The notes under the pieces are model-generated. The model did no database searches and was not told the origin of the DNA. It was given only the letters and a program-made list of their open reading frames with translations. Both the position numbers and the translations under genes were made by a program. A DNA stretch of 64,000 bases, from contig CACYQU010000006.1 in the NCBI GenBank assembly GCA_902776615.1, positions 7,757-71,756 on the forward strand. Reading direction: 5' to 3'. How positions within the stretch are numbered: the stretch's first letter is position 1; each line of letters starts with the position of its first letter. Source of the stretch: an uncultured bacterium (lineage in GTDB: Bacteria; Verrucomicrobiota; Kiritimatiellia; RFP12; UBA1067). This document shows positions 52,135 through 61,676 of the stretch, piece after piece.

Positions 52135-53541
52135 ATGAACACAACAGCGAGTTTAACGGCGGGCATCTCTTTTGCCGTGTGCGCCATGTGCGCTTCGGCG
52201 AATGATGCCTTGAGCGAATCATCATCAACCGCAATCGGCTTCGGCGCGGATTTCAGAGTTCGCCAGGAGATTATGGACAATATTCCCGGACTTCCCGGAA
52301 GCCCCGGCGTCTCCGAAGGAGGCCTGCTTCTGAAAGCGCCCAGAAGCGGATATCGCAATCACATGCGGTATCGTCCGCGCGTTTGGGGCGAAATCAAGAA
52401 CGAACAGTGGCGCGTGTACATGCGGCTTGCCGATGAGTTCCGCTGGAACGTTCGGCCCTACAGCAACAAAACAACCTTTCCGGACGAGGTTATAATCGAC
52501 AACCTCTTCATTGAGGCGAAGGATCTGTTCGACGGTTTCCTCGACTTCACCATCGGTCGTCAGGATCTTTACAACCTCTACGGCCTGGACCACGTGTTTG
52601 TCGACGGAACGCCCGGCGACGGCTCTAGAACGGTCTATACCGATATGGTGCGATTTGCGCTCAAGTTCACAGAGGACGAGCGGCTGGACATGTTCTTCCT
52701 TCACAACTGCGACGACAATCCGCTTCGTTGGGGAACCGAGCGCGGGCGCCACCGTTCGCTCTCCGGGCTTGGCGGCGGCGCAGAAGTTGAGATGGACGAC
52801 TGGGGCTGGGGCGGAGTATGGTCCGGCAAAGCCACGGAATGGCTTCCATACCAGATATTCGCCATGCAGAAGATAACCGAACGCTTCAGCCGCAATCACG
52901 TGCGCCATCCGTATACGAGGCGCGAGATGGTCGGCGTCAAACTCATGCCGCAGCTTACCGAAGAGCTGTCGCTTCAGCTGGAGGCGATGGGACAGATCGG
53001 ACGCAATGGCGATGACGACTGGCTGAGCGGCTGGAGTACATACACGGGTGTGAACTGGAAGAAGTCCGTCGAGAGCGGCTGGCGTCCGTTTGCGAGCCTA
53101 GGCTTGCACATCATGAGCGGCGACAAGCACGCGGCCGAGGAGGACGGCGGCCACCATGCATGGGATCCAATGTGGTCGCGCGGCGTGAACGATTCCGAGC
53201 TCATGCTGTACGGTACGCACTATGGCGCTGCGTGGTGGAGCAACATGATATACCTCAAGCTCGCTGGCGGCGTGGATTTCGGTCCGAAGCATCGGCTTTA
53301 CCTCACAACAGGCCCAATGTTTGCCGCGCGCGAGGACGGGATGGGCGGCGATGACGGGTCGTTCAAGGGCATGTTGAGCCAGGTCAGGTACGATTTCCCG
53401 CTGTGGAAGATGTCCGTGGCCCAAGGCAGAACCGTCGAACTGTTCGGGCATGCAATTGCGGAACTCATGAACCCGGGCGACTATTTCGCCACAGACAAGC
53501 CGGCGTGGTTCGTGCGCTGGCAGCTGGACTTCAAATTCTGA
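52135..53541 (+). CDS. outer-membrane beta-barrel protein (porin / alginate-export-like)
   Basis: Signal peptide; alternating-hydrophobic, aromatic-rich sequence; C-terminal ...RWQLDFKF ending in Phe. Confidence 0.7.
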   Translation: MNTTASLTAGISFAVCAMCASANDALSESSSTAIGFGADFRVRQEIMDNIPGLPGSPGVSEGGLLLKAPRSGYRNHMRYRPRVWGEIKNEQWRVYMRLADEFRWNVRPYSNKTTFPDEVIIDNLFIEAKDLFDGFLDFTIGRQDLYNLYGLDHVFVDGTPGDGSRTVYTDMVRFALKFTEDERLDMFFLHNCDDNPLRWGTERGRHRSLSGLGGGAEVEMDDWGWGGVWSGKATEWLPYQIFAMQKITERFSRNHVRHPYTRREMVGVKLMPQLTEELSLQLEAMGQIGRNGDDDWLSGWSTYTGVNWKKSVESGWRPFASLGLHIMSGDKHAAEEDGGHHAWDPMWSRGVNDSELMLYGTHYGAAWWSNMIYLKLAGGVDFGPKHRLYLTTGPMFAAREDGMGGDDGSFKGMLSQVRYDFPLWKMSVAQGRTVELFGHAIAELMNPGDYFATDKPAWFVRWQLDFKF

Positions 53542-53546
53542 CGCGC

Positions 53547-54950
53547 ATGCCAAATGCCAACATGGCGATGTCTACGCGTGTAGCGGGCGAGCTGCGCCAG
53601 ACGCAGACGCTCGCGCCGCACATGATGCAGGGACTGAAGCTGCTTGCGAAGTCCCTGCCGGAGCTTCGCGCCGAGATCGCCGCAGAGATGAGCCGCAACC
53701 CGGCGATTGAAGACGTAGACCATCCTCTCGAAACATCGCTGTCGGAGGTCGAGCGCCGCAGCGACGAGTCCTCGCCAGAGCCCGACTATCCCGAGGACGA
53801 CTTCGAGCCCGGACGCAATATAGACGAGGACGCCGCAGAACGCAGGCAGAGCTTCTTCGACAATCAGGTGAAGACCGAGACTCTCCAGGAGCACCTTCTT
53901 CTGCAGCTGCCGCTTTCCGACATACCGCGCGAGGACTGGCCTGTGGTGGAGACGCTTGTCGGCGATCTGGATGCGAGCGGATACTACAAAGGCTCGATTG
54001 CGGACGCCGAGATGGCGTTCGGCAGAAGCGAGGACGAGATAGTCGCGCTGCTGGCGAAGATCATGGAGCTTGATCCGCCCGGCTGCGGCGCCAGGACCGT
54101 GAGGGAATGCCTGCTTGCGCAGATGGACGCGCTCGACGACTCGCCGTACGAGGATGAGGTGCGCGCCATAATCGACAGGCATTTGGGCGACCTTGAGGCG
54201 GGGCGCATAGGCTCCGTCGAAAAAGATCTTGGCCTCACTCACGCCCAGCTCGCAGCCGCGCTGAAGGAGCTGCGCAGCCTTGACGGACGCCCCGGCAGAC
54301 AGTATCCGAGCGAACGCGAGCGCGTGGAGTATGTGAATCCGGAGGTGCACGCCGTCAAGCGGGGAGGGCGGTGGATAGCCGAGACGGACGAACGGTCGCT
54401 GCCGGAAATTCGCCTCTCGGCCGCGTTCAAGCGCATCTTGGAAGATCCCGGCCAGTCGGCGGAGACGAAAGCCTACGTCCGCGAACGCATCGCGGCAGCC
54501 GAGGCTTTCCGCGAGGCCGTGGCCCACCGCCAGCGGACGGTGCAATCCATAGCGCAAACGATATTCGACCGCCAGCATGAGTTTTTCGAGCATGGCTTTG
54601 GCGCGCTCAAGCCGCTTACAGAACTTGAGGTCGCCGAGGCTGTTGGCGTGCACGGCACAACTGTATCGCGAACCGTTCGGGACAAATACGCCGAAACGCC
54701 GTTCGGAACGGTAGAGCTTCGCCGTTTCTTCGTCACGGGCGTGAAGACGGCCGATGGGGAGGTTCTCTCGCAGGATGCGGTTATGGATAAACTCCGCGAA
54801 ATCGTCGAAGCGGAGAGCGCGTCCGCCCCGCTGTCGGATGAAAAAATCGCCGCAGCGCTGAAGAATGCGGGCTTTCCGGTTGCGAGGCGCACGGTTGCGA
54901 AATACAGGGACAAGATGGGAATACCTAGCGCGTCTGCGCGAAAACACTGA
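53547..54950 (+). CDS. rpoN: RNA polymerase sigma-54 factor
   Basis: N-terminal Gln/Leu-rich region (LRQTQTLAPHMMQGLKLL), HTH (EVAEAVGVHGTTVSRTV) and RpoN box ARRTVAKYR. The start is ATG 53547 or 53562. Confidence 0.9.
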   Translation: MPNANMAMSTRVAGELRQTQTLAPHMMQGLKLLAKSLPELRAEIAAEMSRNPAIEDVDHPLETSLSEVERRSDESSPEPDYPEDDFEPGRNIDEDAAERRQSFFDNQVKTETLQEHLLLQLPLSDIPREDWPVVETLVGDLDASGYYKGSIADAEMAFGRSEDEIVALLAKIMELDPPGCGARTVRECLLAQMDALDDSPYEDEVRAIIDRHLGDLEAGRIGSVEKDLGLTHAQLAAALKELRSLDGRPGRQYPSERERVEYVNPEVHAVKRGGRWIAETDERSLPEIRLSAAFKRILEDPGQSAETKAYVRERIAAAEAFREAVAHRQRTVQSIAQTIFDRQHEFFEHGFGALKPLTELEVAEAVGVHGTTVSRTVRDKYAETPFGTVELRRFFVTGVKTADGEVLSQDAVMDKLREIVEAESASAPLSDEKIAAALKNAGFPVARRTVAKYRDKMGIPSASARKH

Positions 54951-54962
54951 AAACACGGAGAA

Positions 54963-55038
54963 TGGTGGCGAGAAAGGGGATCGAACCCTTGACCTTAGGC
55001 TTATGAGTCCTGCGCTCTACCAACTGAGCTATCTCGCC
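54963..55038 (-). tRNA. tRNA with CAU anticodon (elongator Met; Ile2 not excluded)
   Basis: The minus strand reads GGCGAGATAGCTCAGTTGGTAGAGCGCAGGACTCATAAGCCTAAGGTCAAGGGTTCGATCCCCTTTCTCGCCACCA. Acceptor, D and T arms are good. The anticodon stem has mismatches at both ends. Confidence 0.85.
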
Positions 55039-55068
55039 TCAAACCCACTTTGGGGTCAACGGGTGCAT

Positions 55069-55098
55069 ATGATACCAAAAAAACGTCCGCTCCGTCAA
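55069..55098 (-). promoter_or_regulatory. promoter of tRNA-Met
   Basis: Minus strand: TTGACG (55093-55098), 18-nt spacer, TATCAT (55069-55074). Confidence 0.45.
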
Positions 55099-55111
55099 TA
55101 GCGAATTCTAG

Positions 55112-55147
55112 CCACCCTTATCCCGGAAATTTCCGGGATAAGGGTGG
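55112..55147. promoter_or_regulatory. perfect 36-bp palindrome between the two divergent tRNA promoters
   Basis: CCACCCTTATCCCGGAAA / TTTCCGGGATAAGGGTGG, 18-bp arms with no spacer, flanked by the inverted GTCAATAG / CTATTGAC that carry the two -35 boxes. Confidence 0.6.
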
Positions 55148-55160
55148 GTGGCGACCCCTA

Positions 55161-55190
55161 TTGACACGCGGAGGAAAATTATGATATACT
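55161..55190 (+). promoter_or_regulatory. promoter of tRNA-Cys
   Basis: TTGACA (55161-55166), 18-nt spacer, TGaTATACT (-10 at 55185-55190). Confidence 0.5.
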
Positions 55191-55205
55191 TCAACTCACT
55201 TGACC

Positions 55206-55279
55206 GGTGGGATGGCCGAGCGGTTAGGTCGCGGACTGCAAATCCGCTTACAGCGGTTCAACTCCGCTTCCCACCTCCA
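55206..55279 (+). tRNA. tRNA-Cys (anticodon GCA)
   Basis: GGTGGGA acceptor; anticodon stem-loop GCGGA-CTGCAAA-TCCGC; GGTTCAACTCC T-loop; CCA. Confidence 0.95.
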
Positions 55280-55287
55280 TTAAAGCG

Positions 55288-55845
55288 ATGATGATATTTT
55301 GGGGATTGTTACTGGGTCTTCCTGTCCTCGCCTTTGGCGGGGTTGCTGTTTATTCACCAGCTTTGCTTTCCAGGTTCATCGAATGGTTCAAGTCCTCTCG
55401 CTCCGTTGCTTTGGCACTTACGGTTTTGGCATGGTTTTGGACGGCTTACGAGTGTGACACGATAGGTATCGATGTCTTCGACATGATTTTGAAGCGTTTC
55501 CCGTTTCAATTGTGGATAATGGCAGGCGTGCTCAGTTGGCTTACGTTCATCTGGATGCCGGGCAATCTGCCTGTTCGGGCATTGACGGGCATTTTGATGC
55601 TCATTCCGGCCGAGCTGTTTAAGGCGACTCGCCCCATCTTGCCAGATGGCGGCTTTGCGGCTGTGCACATTTTTGTCGTAACCGCCTATATCGGTGCAAT
55701 CATAGGAATGTACGGCATGTTCTATCCGTGGCGCCTTGAAAAGGGCATGGGCCTTTTGCAGAATCGCCCTGCGCTGTTTCGGGTGGTCGGCGCGTTGTGC
55801 GTCGGATGGGGCGTTGCGATAGTTGCGGCTGGTTTTGTGGTTTGA
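55288..55845 (+). CDS. hypothetical integral membrane protein (about 5-6 TM)
   Basis: Hydrophobic 185-aa ORF ending 2 nt before the Na/Pi cotransporter gene. Confidence 0.6.
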   Translation: MMIFWGLLLGLPVLAFGGVAVYSPALLSRFIEWFKSSRSVALALTVLAWFWTAYECDTIGIDVFDMILKRFPFQLWIMAGVLSWLTFIWMPGNLPVRALTGILMLIPAELFKATRPILPDGGFAAVHIFVVTAYIGAIIGMYGMFYPWRLEKGMGLLQNRPALFRVVGALCVGWGVAIVAAGFVV

Positions 55846-55847
55846 TT

Positions 55848-57551
55848 ATGAAAGAAGTCGCGCTTATCCTGATTACGGTCTGCGGAGGCTTGGGCCTCTT
55901 CCTTCTCGGGATGAAGCATCTATCCGAGGGTCTTCAGGCCACTGCGGGCGGCAGTCTTCGAAAGTTCATGGCTCATGCAACCAGCCACAGGCTGGTCGGT
56001 GTAGGTACAGGCATCGTTTCGACGATGATCGTGCAGTCGTCCTCCATCATAACAGTGATGCTCGTCGGGTTTGTGTCGACCGCTCTGCTTACTCTGCCGC
56101 AGGCGTTCGCTGTTCTTGTTGGCGCGAACATAGGTACTACGGCGACAGTCTGGATAATCGCCTACGCTCCCGATCCGCAGGCAATCGGCTTCTTCTGTCT
56201 GGCGACAGGCGGCATTCTCTACTTCTTCCTTCGAGGCGAGAGGGTCCATCATCTAGGTCTTACGGCGATAGGTCTCGGTCTTGTGTTTCTAGGTCTGTAC
56301 TTCATGTCGAAGGGCGTTGCCCCGATACGTGAAAATCCAGATATCGCAGCCGTCTTCGCGCGGATGAGCGCCGAGAAGATGTCTGGCGTGTTTGTTATCG
56401 CTTTCGCGGCGATGCTGCTTACTGCCATTATTCAGTCGTCCGCTGCCACAATCGCAATCGCGATGGCGATGGCTACCCAGGGGCTCATAACGTACGAAGT
56501 CGCGATAGCCGTTCTTTTTGGCGCCAATGTCGGCACGACCGCGACGGGCTGGATCGCCGCGCTTGGCGGCGGCACTGCGGACGCGAAGCGTACGGCCCTC
56601 GCCCACACGCTCTCGAACCTTCTGGGTTCGCTCGTGCTTATATGGTTCTTCCCGCTTTTCGTCAAGATGGGCCAAACTCTGTTCCCCAGGTGGAACGTCA
56701 CGCAGACGACGCTCGTATCGGGCATTCCGACCCAGACGTTCGTTCACATGATGGCGCCGATTGCGGTTACGGACACTATTTTTGCGATATGCCGCGGGCT
56801 CATATTCCTGCCGATCGTGAAACCGTTCTGCCGCCTTATCGAACGCCTGGTTCCGCAACCCGCAGATGAAAAGCCGCATCTTTCCGCGCTGCACATAGGC
56901 GTTCGCCTTTCGCCCGTGATCGCCTGCGATCAGGCGCTTATGGAGGTGGATTTCATGAAGCAGTCCAATCTCGAGCTTCTTGATTGCGCTCGCAAGGTGA
57001 TTTCCGGCGCGACAGCGAACGACGAAGGCCCCGAGAAGCATATCGTTCACCGTGAAGACATTCTCGATAATGTACAGCGCGAAGTGACGGAATTCCTCGG
57101 CTCCATAATGTCGAAGCGCCTTTCGCGCGACGTGGCCGAGCGGGCTCAGCGTCTGCTGAGGCTTACGGACGAGTTGGAGTCGGTTTCTGACGAGTGCGCT
57201 ACCGTGCTTAAGGTCGTCAAGCGCCTTCGCGGACAGAATGAACACATGTCCGAGGCGTCTGTTGCGCTTCTGGTCGATGTGCACGATCGCGTGGCAGGCT
57301 TCGCGTGCGAGGTGACGCCGCTAATCCGCTCGCCGCGTCCCCCGATCGATGTCGCGTCGCTGCAGGCTCAGTCTGCCGCGTTGCACGATTTCATCCGCGA
57401 GTGCCGCCGTATCCAGCTTGGGCGCGTAGGACCTGAAGACCCGGGTTCTTCTGTGCGCGTCTTGGGCGAGCTGGACATAATCAACGCATATGAGCGAATC
57501 CGGGCCTATTATCTGAATATGGCCGAGACTCTCGCAGGCGGAAAGCGCTGA
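55848..57551 (+). CDS. Na/Pi cotransporter family protein with PhoU-like C-terminal domain
   Basis: Start at MKEVALILITVCGGLGLFLLGMKHLSEGLQ....G..LR. Duplicated QSSSA(T/I)I and GANVGTTATGW segments typical of NptA-like transporters. Confidence 0.85.
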   Translation: MKEVALILITVCGGLGLFLLGMKHLSEGLQATAGGSLRKFMAHATSHRLVGVGTGIVSTMIVQSSSIITVMLVGFVSTALLTLPQAFAVLVGANIGTTATVWIIAYAPDPQAIGFFCLATGGILYFFLRGERVHHLGLTAIGLGLVFLGLYFMSKGVAPIRENPDIAAVFARMSAEKMSGVFVIAFAAMLLTAIIQSSAATIAIAMAMATQGLITYEVAIAVLFGANVGTTATGWIAALGGGTADAKRTALAHTLSNLLGSLVLIWFFPLFVKMGQTLFPRWNVTQTTLVSGIPTQTFVHMMAPIAVTDTIFAICRGLIFLPIVKPFCRLIERLVPQPADEKPHLSALHIGVRLSPVIACDQALMEVDFMKQSNLELLDCARKVISGATANDEGPEKHIVHREDILDNVQREVTEFLGSIMSKRLSRDVAERAQRLLRLTDELESVSDECATVLKVVKRLRGQNEHMSEASVALLVDVHDRVAGFACEVTPLIRSPRPPIDVASLQAQSAALHDFIRECRRIQLGRVGPEDPGSSVRVLGELDIINAYERIRAYYLNMAETLAGGKR

Positions 57552-57577
57552 ACGGTTCCCATGTGGCGCGCCGCTTT

Positions 57578-58717
57578 TCAGGCGCGCATGGGCTTTAGGG
57601 GAATTTCGCGCGTGAACAGGCGCTTTGGCAGTTGGGTATAGGTAATATTGCCGTCAGAAGTTTCCTCTGCGGCAGCTCTCGAGTAGACGTTGAAAACAGC
57701 TTTGTCGGGGTGTATCTCGACTATGCTCCATGAAGCTTGGGCACCTGTTACCGTTCCGCAATTGACATCCGAAAGGCAGCCTGCCCTCCCTACTGGATAG
57801 CGCCCGTTGTGCTCGTGACCGTTGATAAACAGGTCGCAGCCGAATTTTTCGGCGAGGGCGAGGAGCCGTTTGCGGTTGTCGTTGAATTTGTTCTCCTTGC
57901 ATGCATCGATAATCGGACATGCGAAGTCTTCGCTCTTTGGAGCGATGGCCCAGTGCGAAACGAGGACGATATGCCGTATGGACGGATCGGCGGCAGCGGC
58001 CGCCATCTCTTTCTCAATGAATTCAATGGCTTCATCGGAAATGCGTGCGGTTGAGCGGAAGTGTCCCTTTGGCGCCGGAAGACCGACATAGCTGGCGAAG
58101 AATGTGATGAAACGCGTGTCGCCGCACTTGAAGGAGCACTCGCGGTAGAAATCCTCCACGGCAGTGTCGTGGTTGCCTTGGATGGCTATGACGCGCGAAT
58201 CGGGCCGCATGAAGGGAATCGGGCGCTGCACATAGTCCTTGGGAACGTTGCTCTTGCAGAAAAACGACTCGGGCGCGCGGAAGTCGAGGTCGGATATGTC
58301 GGTGCCTTTCGTGTTGCGGTAGATGTCGAGCGACTGGAGCGTGCGATAGTAGTTTGCGCGCTCGTCCTCCAGCTGCTTGCGGTGACTCATATAGCCCGTG
58401 TTGAGCTGATCGCCGCCGAATAGCGCAAACTGGATGTCGCGGCAGTATGGATCGGAGTTGATGAATTCGTAGGTTCTCGCGAGTGCTGCATGATTGCCCG
58501 GTTGCCACATCGTGTAGCGCGGTTTGCCTGCGAGCGCCCCGAAGTTCTCGATGAAATCGCTCTCGATGTGGTGATCGGTCATGAACAGGAACTTGAGCGG
58601 ACGATTCGAGCCTGTCTTGGGAGTGAATGCGGTCCGTTGCGGACATCCCGGCAGAATTCCGAAAGTTCCTGCGGCAAACATTCCGGCCACGAACTCGCGT
58701 CTGGTGCTTTTTCTCAT
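57578..58717 (-). CDS. Tat-signal metallophosphoesterase
   Basis: STRREFVAGMFAAGTFG signal; FLFMTDHH, GGDQLN, IQGNHD and INGHEHNG motifs. Confidence 0.8.
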   Translation of the reverse strand: MRKSTRREFVAGMFAAGTFGILPGCPQRTAFTPKTGSNRPLKFLFMTDHHIESDFIENFGALAGKPRYTMWQPGNHAALARTYEFINSDPYCRDIQFALFGGDQLNTGYMSHRKQLEDERANYYRTLQSLDIYRNTKGTDISDLDFRAPESFFCKSNVPKDYVQRPIPFMRPDSRVIAIQGNHDTAVEDFYRECSFKCGDTRFITFFASYVGLPAPKGHFRSTARISDEAIEFIEKEMAAAAADPSIRHIVLVSHWAIAPKSEDFACPIIDACKENKFNDNRKRLLALAEKFGCDLFINGHEHNGRYPVGRAGCLSDVNCGTVTGAQASWSIVEIHPDKAVFNVYSRAAAEETSDGNITYTQLPKRLFTREIPLKPMRA

Positions 58718-58762
58718 TTGTGGTTCCTCTTCTTTATGGAATGAAACGCAGTTGGCATTTGG

Positions 58763-60580
58763 TCATTCGCAGGCGAACTTGCGGTTCAACTCGCGAGTCG
58801 AGGTGAATATCATCACAGGCTTGCCGCGCGGGCAAACGTAAGGCATGCGGCATGCGGCGAGCTCTTCCACAAGCTTCACGGCACCTTCCTCGTTGAGAGC
58901 AAGCGACATGCCTGCGAACGATTTTGCGATAGAGCGGGCGATTAGCTCCTCTCGCCAGCGCGTGTTCGCCCGGCGCGCTGCGCCTTCGGCAAAATCGTGC
59001 GCGATGGTTGCGAGGATTGTGGCGGCCGAAAGTCCTTCGACGATTTGTGGTACGGCGTCAACCTTGAAAGTGTCTCGGCCGAACGGCTCCAGCCGGAATC
59101 CCATCGACTCTATGGCGGGCAGCGCCGCCGCAAGCCGTGCATAGTCATGTGGCGGGAGCTGTACCGTTTCAGGAATCAGAAGGGCCTGCGACACGTCGGA
59201 GGTCTGCAGGTTTTCGTATGCTATGCGTTCCCGCGCGGCATGCGGATTTACGGTGACGATTCCCGTGTCGGTCTCGATAAGCAGATACCCGGATGCTGTT
59301 ATCGCCAGGAAGCGAAACCACGCCCACGGTTTGGGGCGGTCTCCGTCCGCCGCGGCCAGAGGCAGATCCATCGCGAGTGGTGCAGGCGCAGGCTCTTTGC
59401 GCGGCGGCTGCGGAGCGGGGACGACTCTCGCCGAAGGAAGATGCGGCGCGTCCGCCTGAATTGCCTGTGCTGGCGCACGCGCGGCTTCGTGAACCGGTGC
59501 AACTGTTTCCTGCACAGGCTCCGCCTTGCAGACCGGCGAGGATGGAATTGCGGCGCGCGATGGCATTATAGCCCGCTCCACGGCGGATGCGATCGCCCGT
59601 TTGACCGACAGATTGTCCCTGAAGCGCACCTCGCGCTTCGTGGGATGTACGTTTACATCCACCTGAGAAGGCGGAAGGTCGATGAAGAGAATGGCCGCTG
59701 GCCGTGCATCACCTTGTCTGCGCGGGTAGGCTTCGCGCAGAGCATATGCAATCGACGACGAGGTCGCCGGGCGGCCGTTCACGAAAACGTATTGTTCGCG
59801 CCTTGTCGGCGTGGCCAGGCCGGGACGCTCGATATACCCGCTCACGCGCACGGCATTCGCCCGCTCGCCGCCGTCTTCCGCCTTCTGCGGCAGAACCGGC
59901 ACCATCGCATCCATGAATTCCGCGCCGAAGAGATCCCGCACCCTGTCTGCCGCAGTCGTGCTGGAGGCAAGGCGATACAGCTCGCGTCCGTCGACCGAAA
60001 GCGAAAATGCAATGGAAGGGTGGGCCAGGGCGTGTACGGTGAATATGTGCTTGACGTGGGCCTCTTCTGTGGCGTACGACCTCAGAAACTTGCGCCGCGC
60101 GGGAACGTTGCAGAAAAGATCCCTCACCTCTACGAGCGTTCCGGCGGGGCATCCCGCCGCGCGAATTTCGGCGATGGTGCCTGCGTTGACCTGCAGCATC
60201 GTTCCTTCGTCGCTCTCGCGGCGGCGCGTCGTGAGCGTGAATCGCGAGACGGACGCGATGGAAGGTATCGCCTCGCCGCGGAATCCGAGCGTGTCGATGT
60301 TCTCGATATCGTCCACGTCGCGGATCTTCGACGTCGCCTGGCGTTCCAGCGAAAGCACGGCGTCTTCCCTGCTCATGCCACACCCGTCGTCTTGCACGGC
60401 GACGAGTTTGCGTCCGCCCTGGACTACGGCTACGGAAATTTTCGACGCGCCGGCGTCTATGGCGTTTTCGACCAGCTCTTTTACGACGGAGGCTGGGCGC
60501 TCGACGACCTCGCCTGCGGCTATTTTGTTCGCCACATGCAGAGGCAGCACCCTTACATGTCCGTCGCGGTCAGAATTCAA
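58763..60580 (-). CDS. mutL: DNA mismatch repair protein MutL
   Basis: VLPLHVANKIAAGEVVERPASVVKELVENAIDAGA...DDGCGM GHKL ATPase N-terminus; C-terminal dimerisation domain. Start codon uncertain (TTG at 60580, no ATG nearby). It overlaps the ftsZ 3' end by 11 nt. Confidence 0.9.
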   Translation of the reverse strand: MNSDRDGHVRVLPLHVANKIAAGEVVERPASVVKELVENAIDAGASKISVAVVQGGRKLVAVQDDGCGMSREDAVLSLERQATSKIRDVDDIENIDTLGFRGEAIPSIASVSRFTLTTRRRESDEGTMLQVNAGTIAEIRAAGCPAGTLVEVRDLFCNVPARRKFLRSYATEEAHVKHIFTVHALAHPSIAFSLSVDGRELYRLASSTTAADRVRDLFGAEFMDAMVPVLPQKAEDGGERANAVRVSGYIERPGLATPTRREQYVFVNGRPATSSSIAYALREAYPRRQGDARPAAILFIDLPPSQVDVNVHPTKREVRFRDNLSVKRAIASAVERAIMPSRAAIPSSPVCKAEPVQETVAPVHEAARAPAQAIQADAPHLPSARVVPAPQPPRKEPAPAPLAMDLPLAAADGDRPKPWAWFRFLAITASGYLLIETDTGIVTVNPHAARERIAYENLQTSDVSQALLIPETVQLPPHDYARLAAALPAIESMGFRLEPFGRDTFKVDAVPQIVEGLSAATILATIAHDFAEGAARRANTRWREELIARSIAKSFAGMSLALNEEGAVKLVEELAACRMPYVCPRGKPVMIFTSTRELNRKFACE

Positions 60581-61676
60581 GGCTTATGTTCTTTCTGAGG
60601 AACGTCGGAACATCCAGATCCTCTCCGTTCCAGATTGTCGGTTCGGAATTGTTGAAGCGTCCCCGCCCGGTAGGCCCCGTGCTCAGTATCGCGCGCTGGC
60701 GGCGGCGGCGTTTTGCGGGCTCGCTGGTTTTCGGATCGTCCGCATCATCGTGCCTGGGCGATTCGAACAGCATCACCACGACGGATATTCGGCCCGAGAA
60801 GGTGTCGTCGTCGTTGACGGTCGCAAGTTCGAACGACGCCTTCTCGCCGAATGTTCCGCGCAGCCCTTCGGATATCGTGCCTATTTCGCTGAGTCTTAGG
60901 TCGTCGCCGGCGAGGACTCCGCATAGGATAGAGGCCACCTGTCCCGAGCCCGCCCCAAGCAGCGCCGAGCGTCGGATGGCGTCTACGATCTCCTCCGCGC
61001 GATTCTCGCCCTGCGCGCTGACGTAGGCGAATCGTCCGCGCCCCGCCCCGGCGACCAGGTGACGCACCCGTTCTGCGTCGAGCTTTATGTAGCCCGGCTT
61101 CTCGACAAGCCTCCAGAAGAGCGTCACGCCCGACGCGAGAGTGTCCACGGCGCGTCGCATGGCGCTTGCCATGTCATCGTCGCTGTCGCCGACGAGTTTG
61201 TCCAGAGGTATGAAGAAGCTGGCGCTCGCCGCCTCTTCGATGAGCGGCAATATTCCGCGTGCGTTGCGCTGGCGCGTTTCCCCCTCGAAGGCGAACGGAG
61301 TCGTGGCGAATACGCATGACGGAATGCCGCGATCGGAAAGATGCTTTACGGTCTCCAGCGTGGCGCCGCCGCCCGTTCCGCCGCCGAGCGCCGTGACTAT
61401 GACTGCCAGCCGCACTCCCTCGAGGGAGTCGTCGATCGCCTGCACCGAGTCCTCGGCCGCCAGCCGCGCGGCGACGACGTCTCCGCCGGAACCTCTTCCC
61501 GACAGCCTGTCGCCGCCGATGAGCACGAACTTTCCGTCGGCTTCGCCGGTTTTCGCGTCTGTGTCGGCCAGAACGTGTTTGAGGCTGTCGCCAAAGGCGC
61601 GCATCACGCCGCGCGCCATCGCGCAGCCTGCGCCTCCTACGCCGACAAGCAGCATTGATGAAGACGAGTCGCTCAT
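60570..61676 (-). CDS. ftsZ: divergent cell-division GTPase FtsZ
   Basis: Tubulin signature ALGGGTGGGAT; N-terminal LLVGVGGAGCAMA; C-terminal conserved peptide DLDVPTFLRK; position after ftsA with an ATGA overlap. Confidence 0.85.
   Translation of the reverse strand: MSDSSSSMLLVGVGGAGCAMARGVMRAFGDSLKHVLADTDAKTGEADGKFVLIGGDRLSGRGSGGDVVAARLAAEDSVQAIDDSLEGVRLAVIVTALGGGTGGGATLETVKHLSDRGIPSCVFATTPFAFEGETRQRNARGILPLIEEAASASFFIPLDKLVGDSDDDMASAMRRAVDTLASGVTLFWRLVEKPGYIKLDAERVRHLVAGAGRGRFAYVSAQGENRAEEIVDAIRRSALLGAGSGQVASILCGVLAGDDLRLSEIGTISEGLRGTFGEKASFELATVNDDDTFSGRISVVVMLFESPRHDDADDPKTSEPAKRRRRQRAILSTGPTGRGRFNNSEPTIWNGEDLDVPTFLRKNISLEF

Noticed and set aside
53481-54956. 491-aa minus-strand ORF
   Set aside because: It is antisense to rpoN, whose RpoN box, HTH and Gln-rich N-terminus are unambiguous.
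54865-55101. 78-aa plus-strand ORF
   Set aside because: It lies across tRNA-Met on the opposite strand and has no RBS.
58997-60899. Plus-strand ORFs 58997-60598 (533 aa) and 59811-60899 (362 aa)
   Set aside because: They are antisense to mutL and ftsZ and have Arg-rich low-complexity composition.
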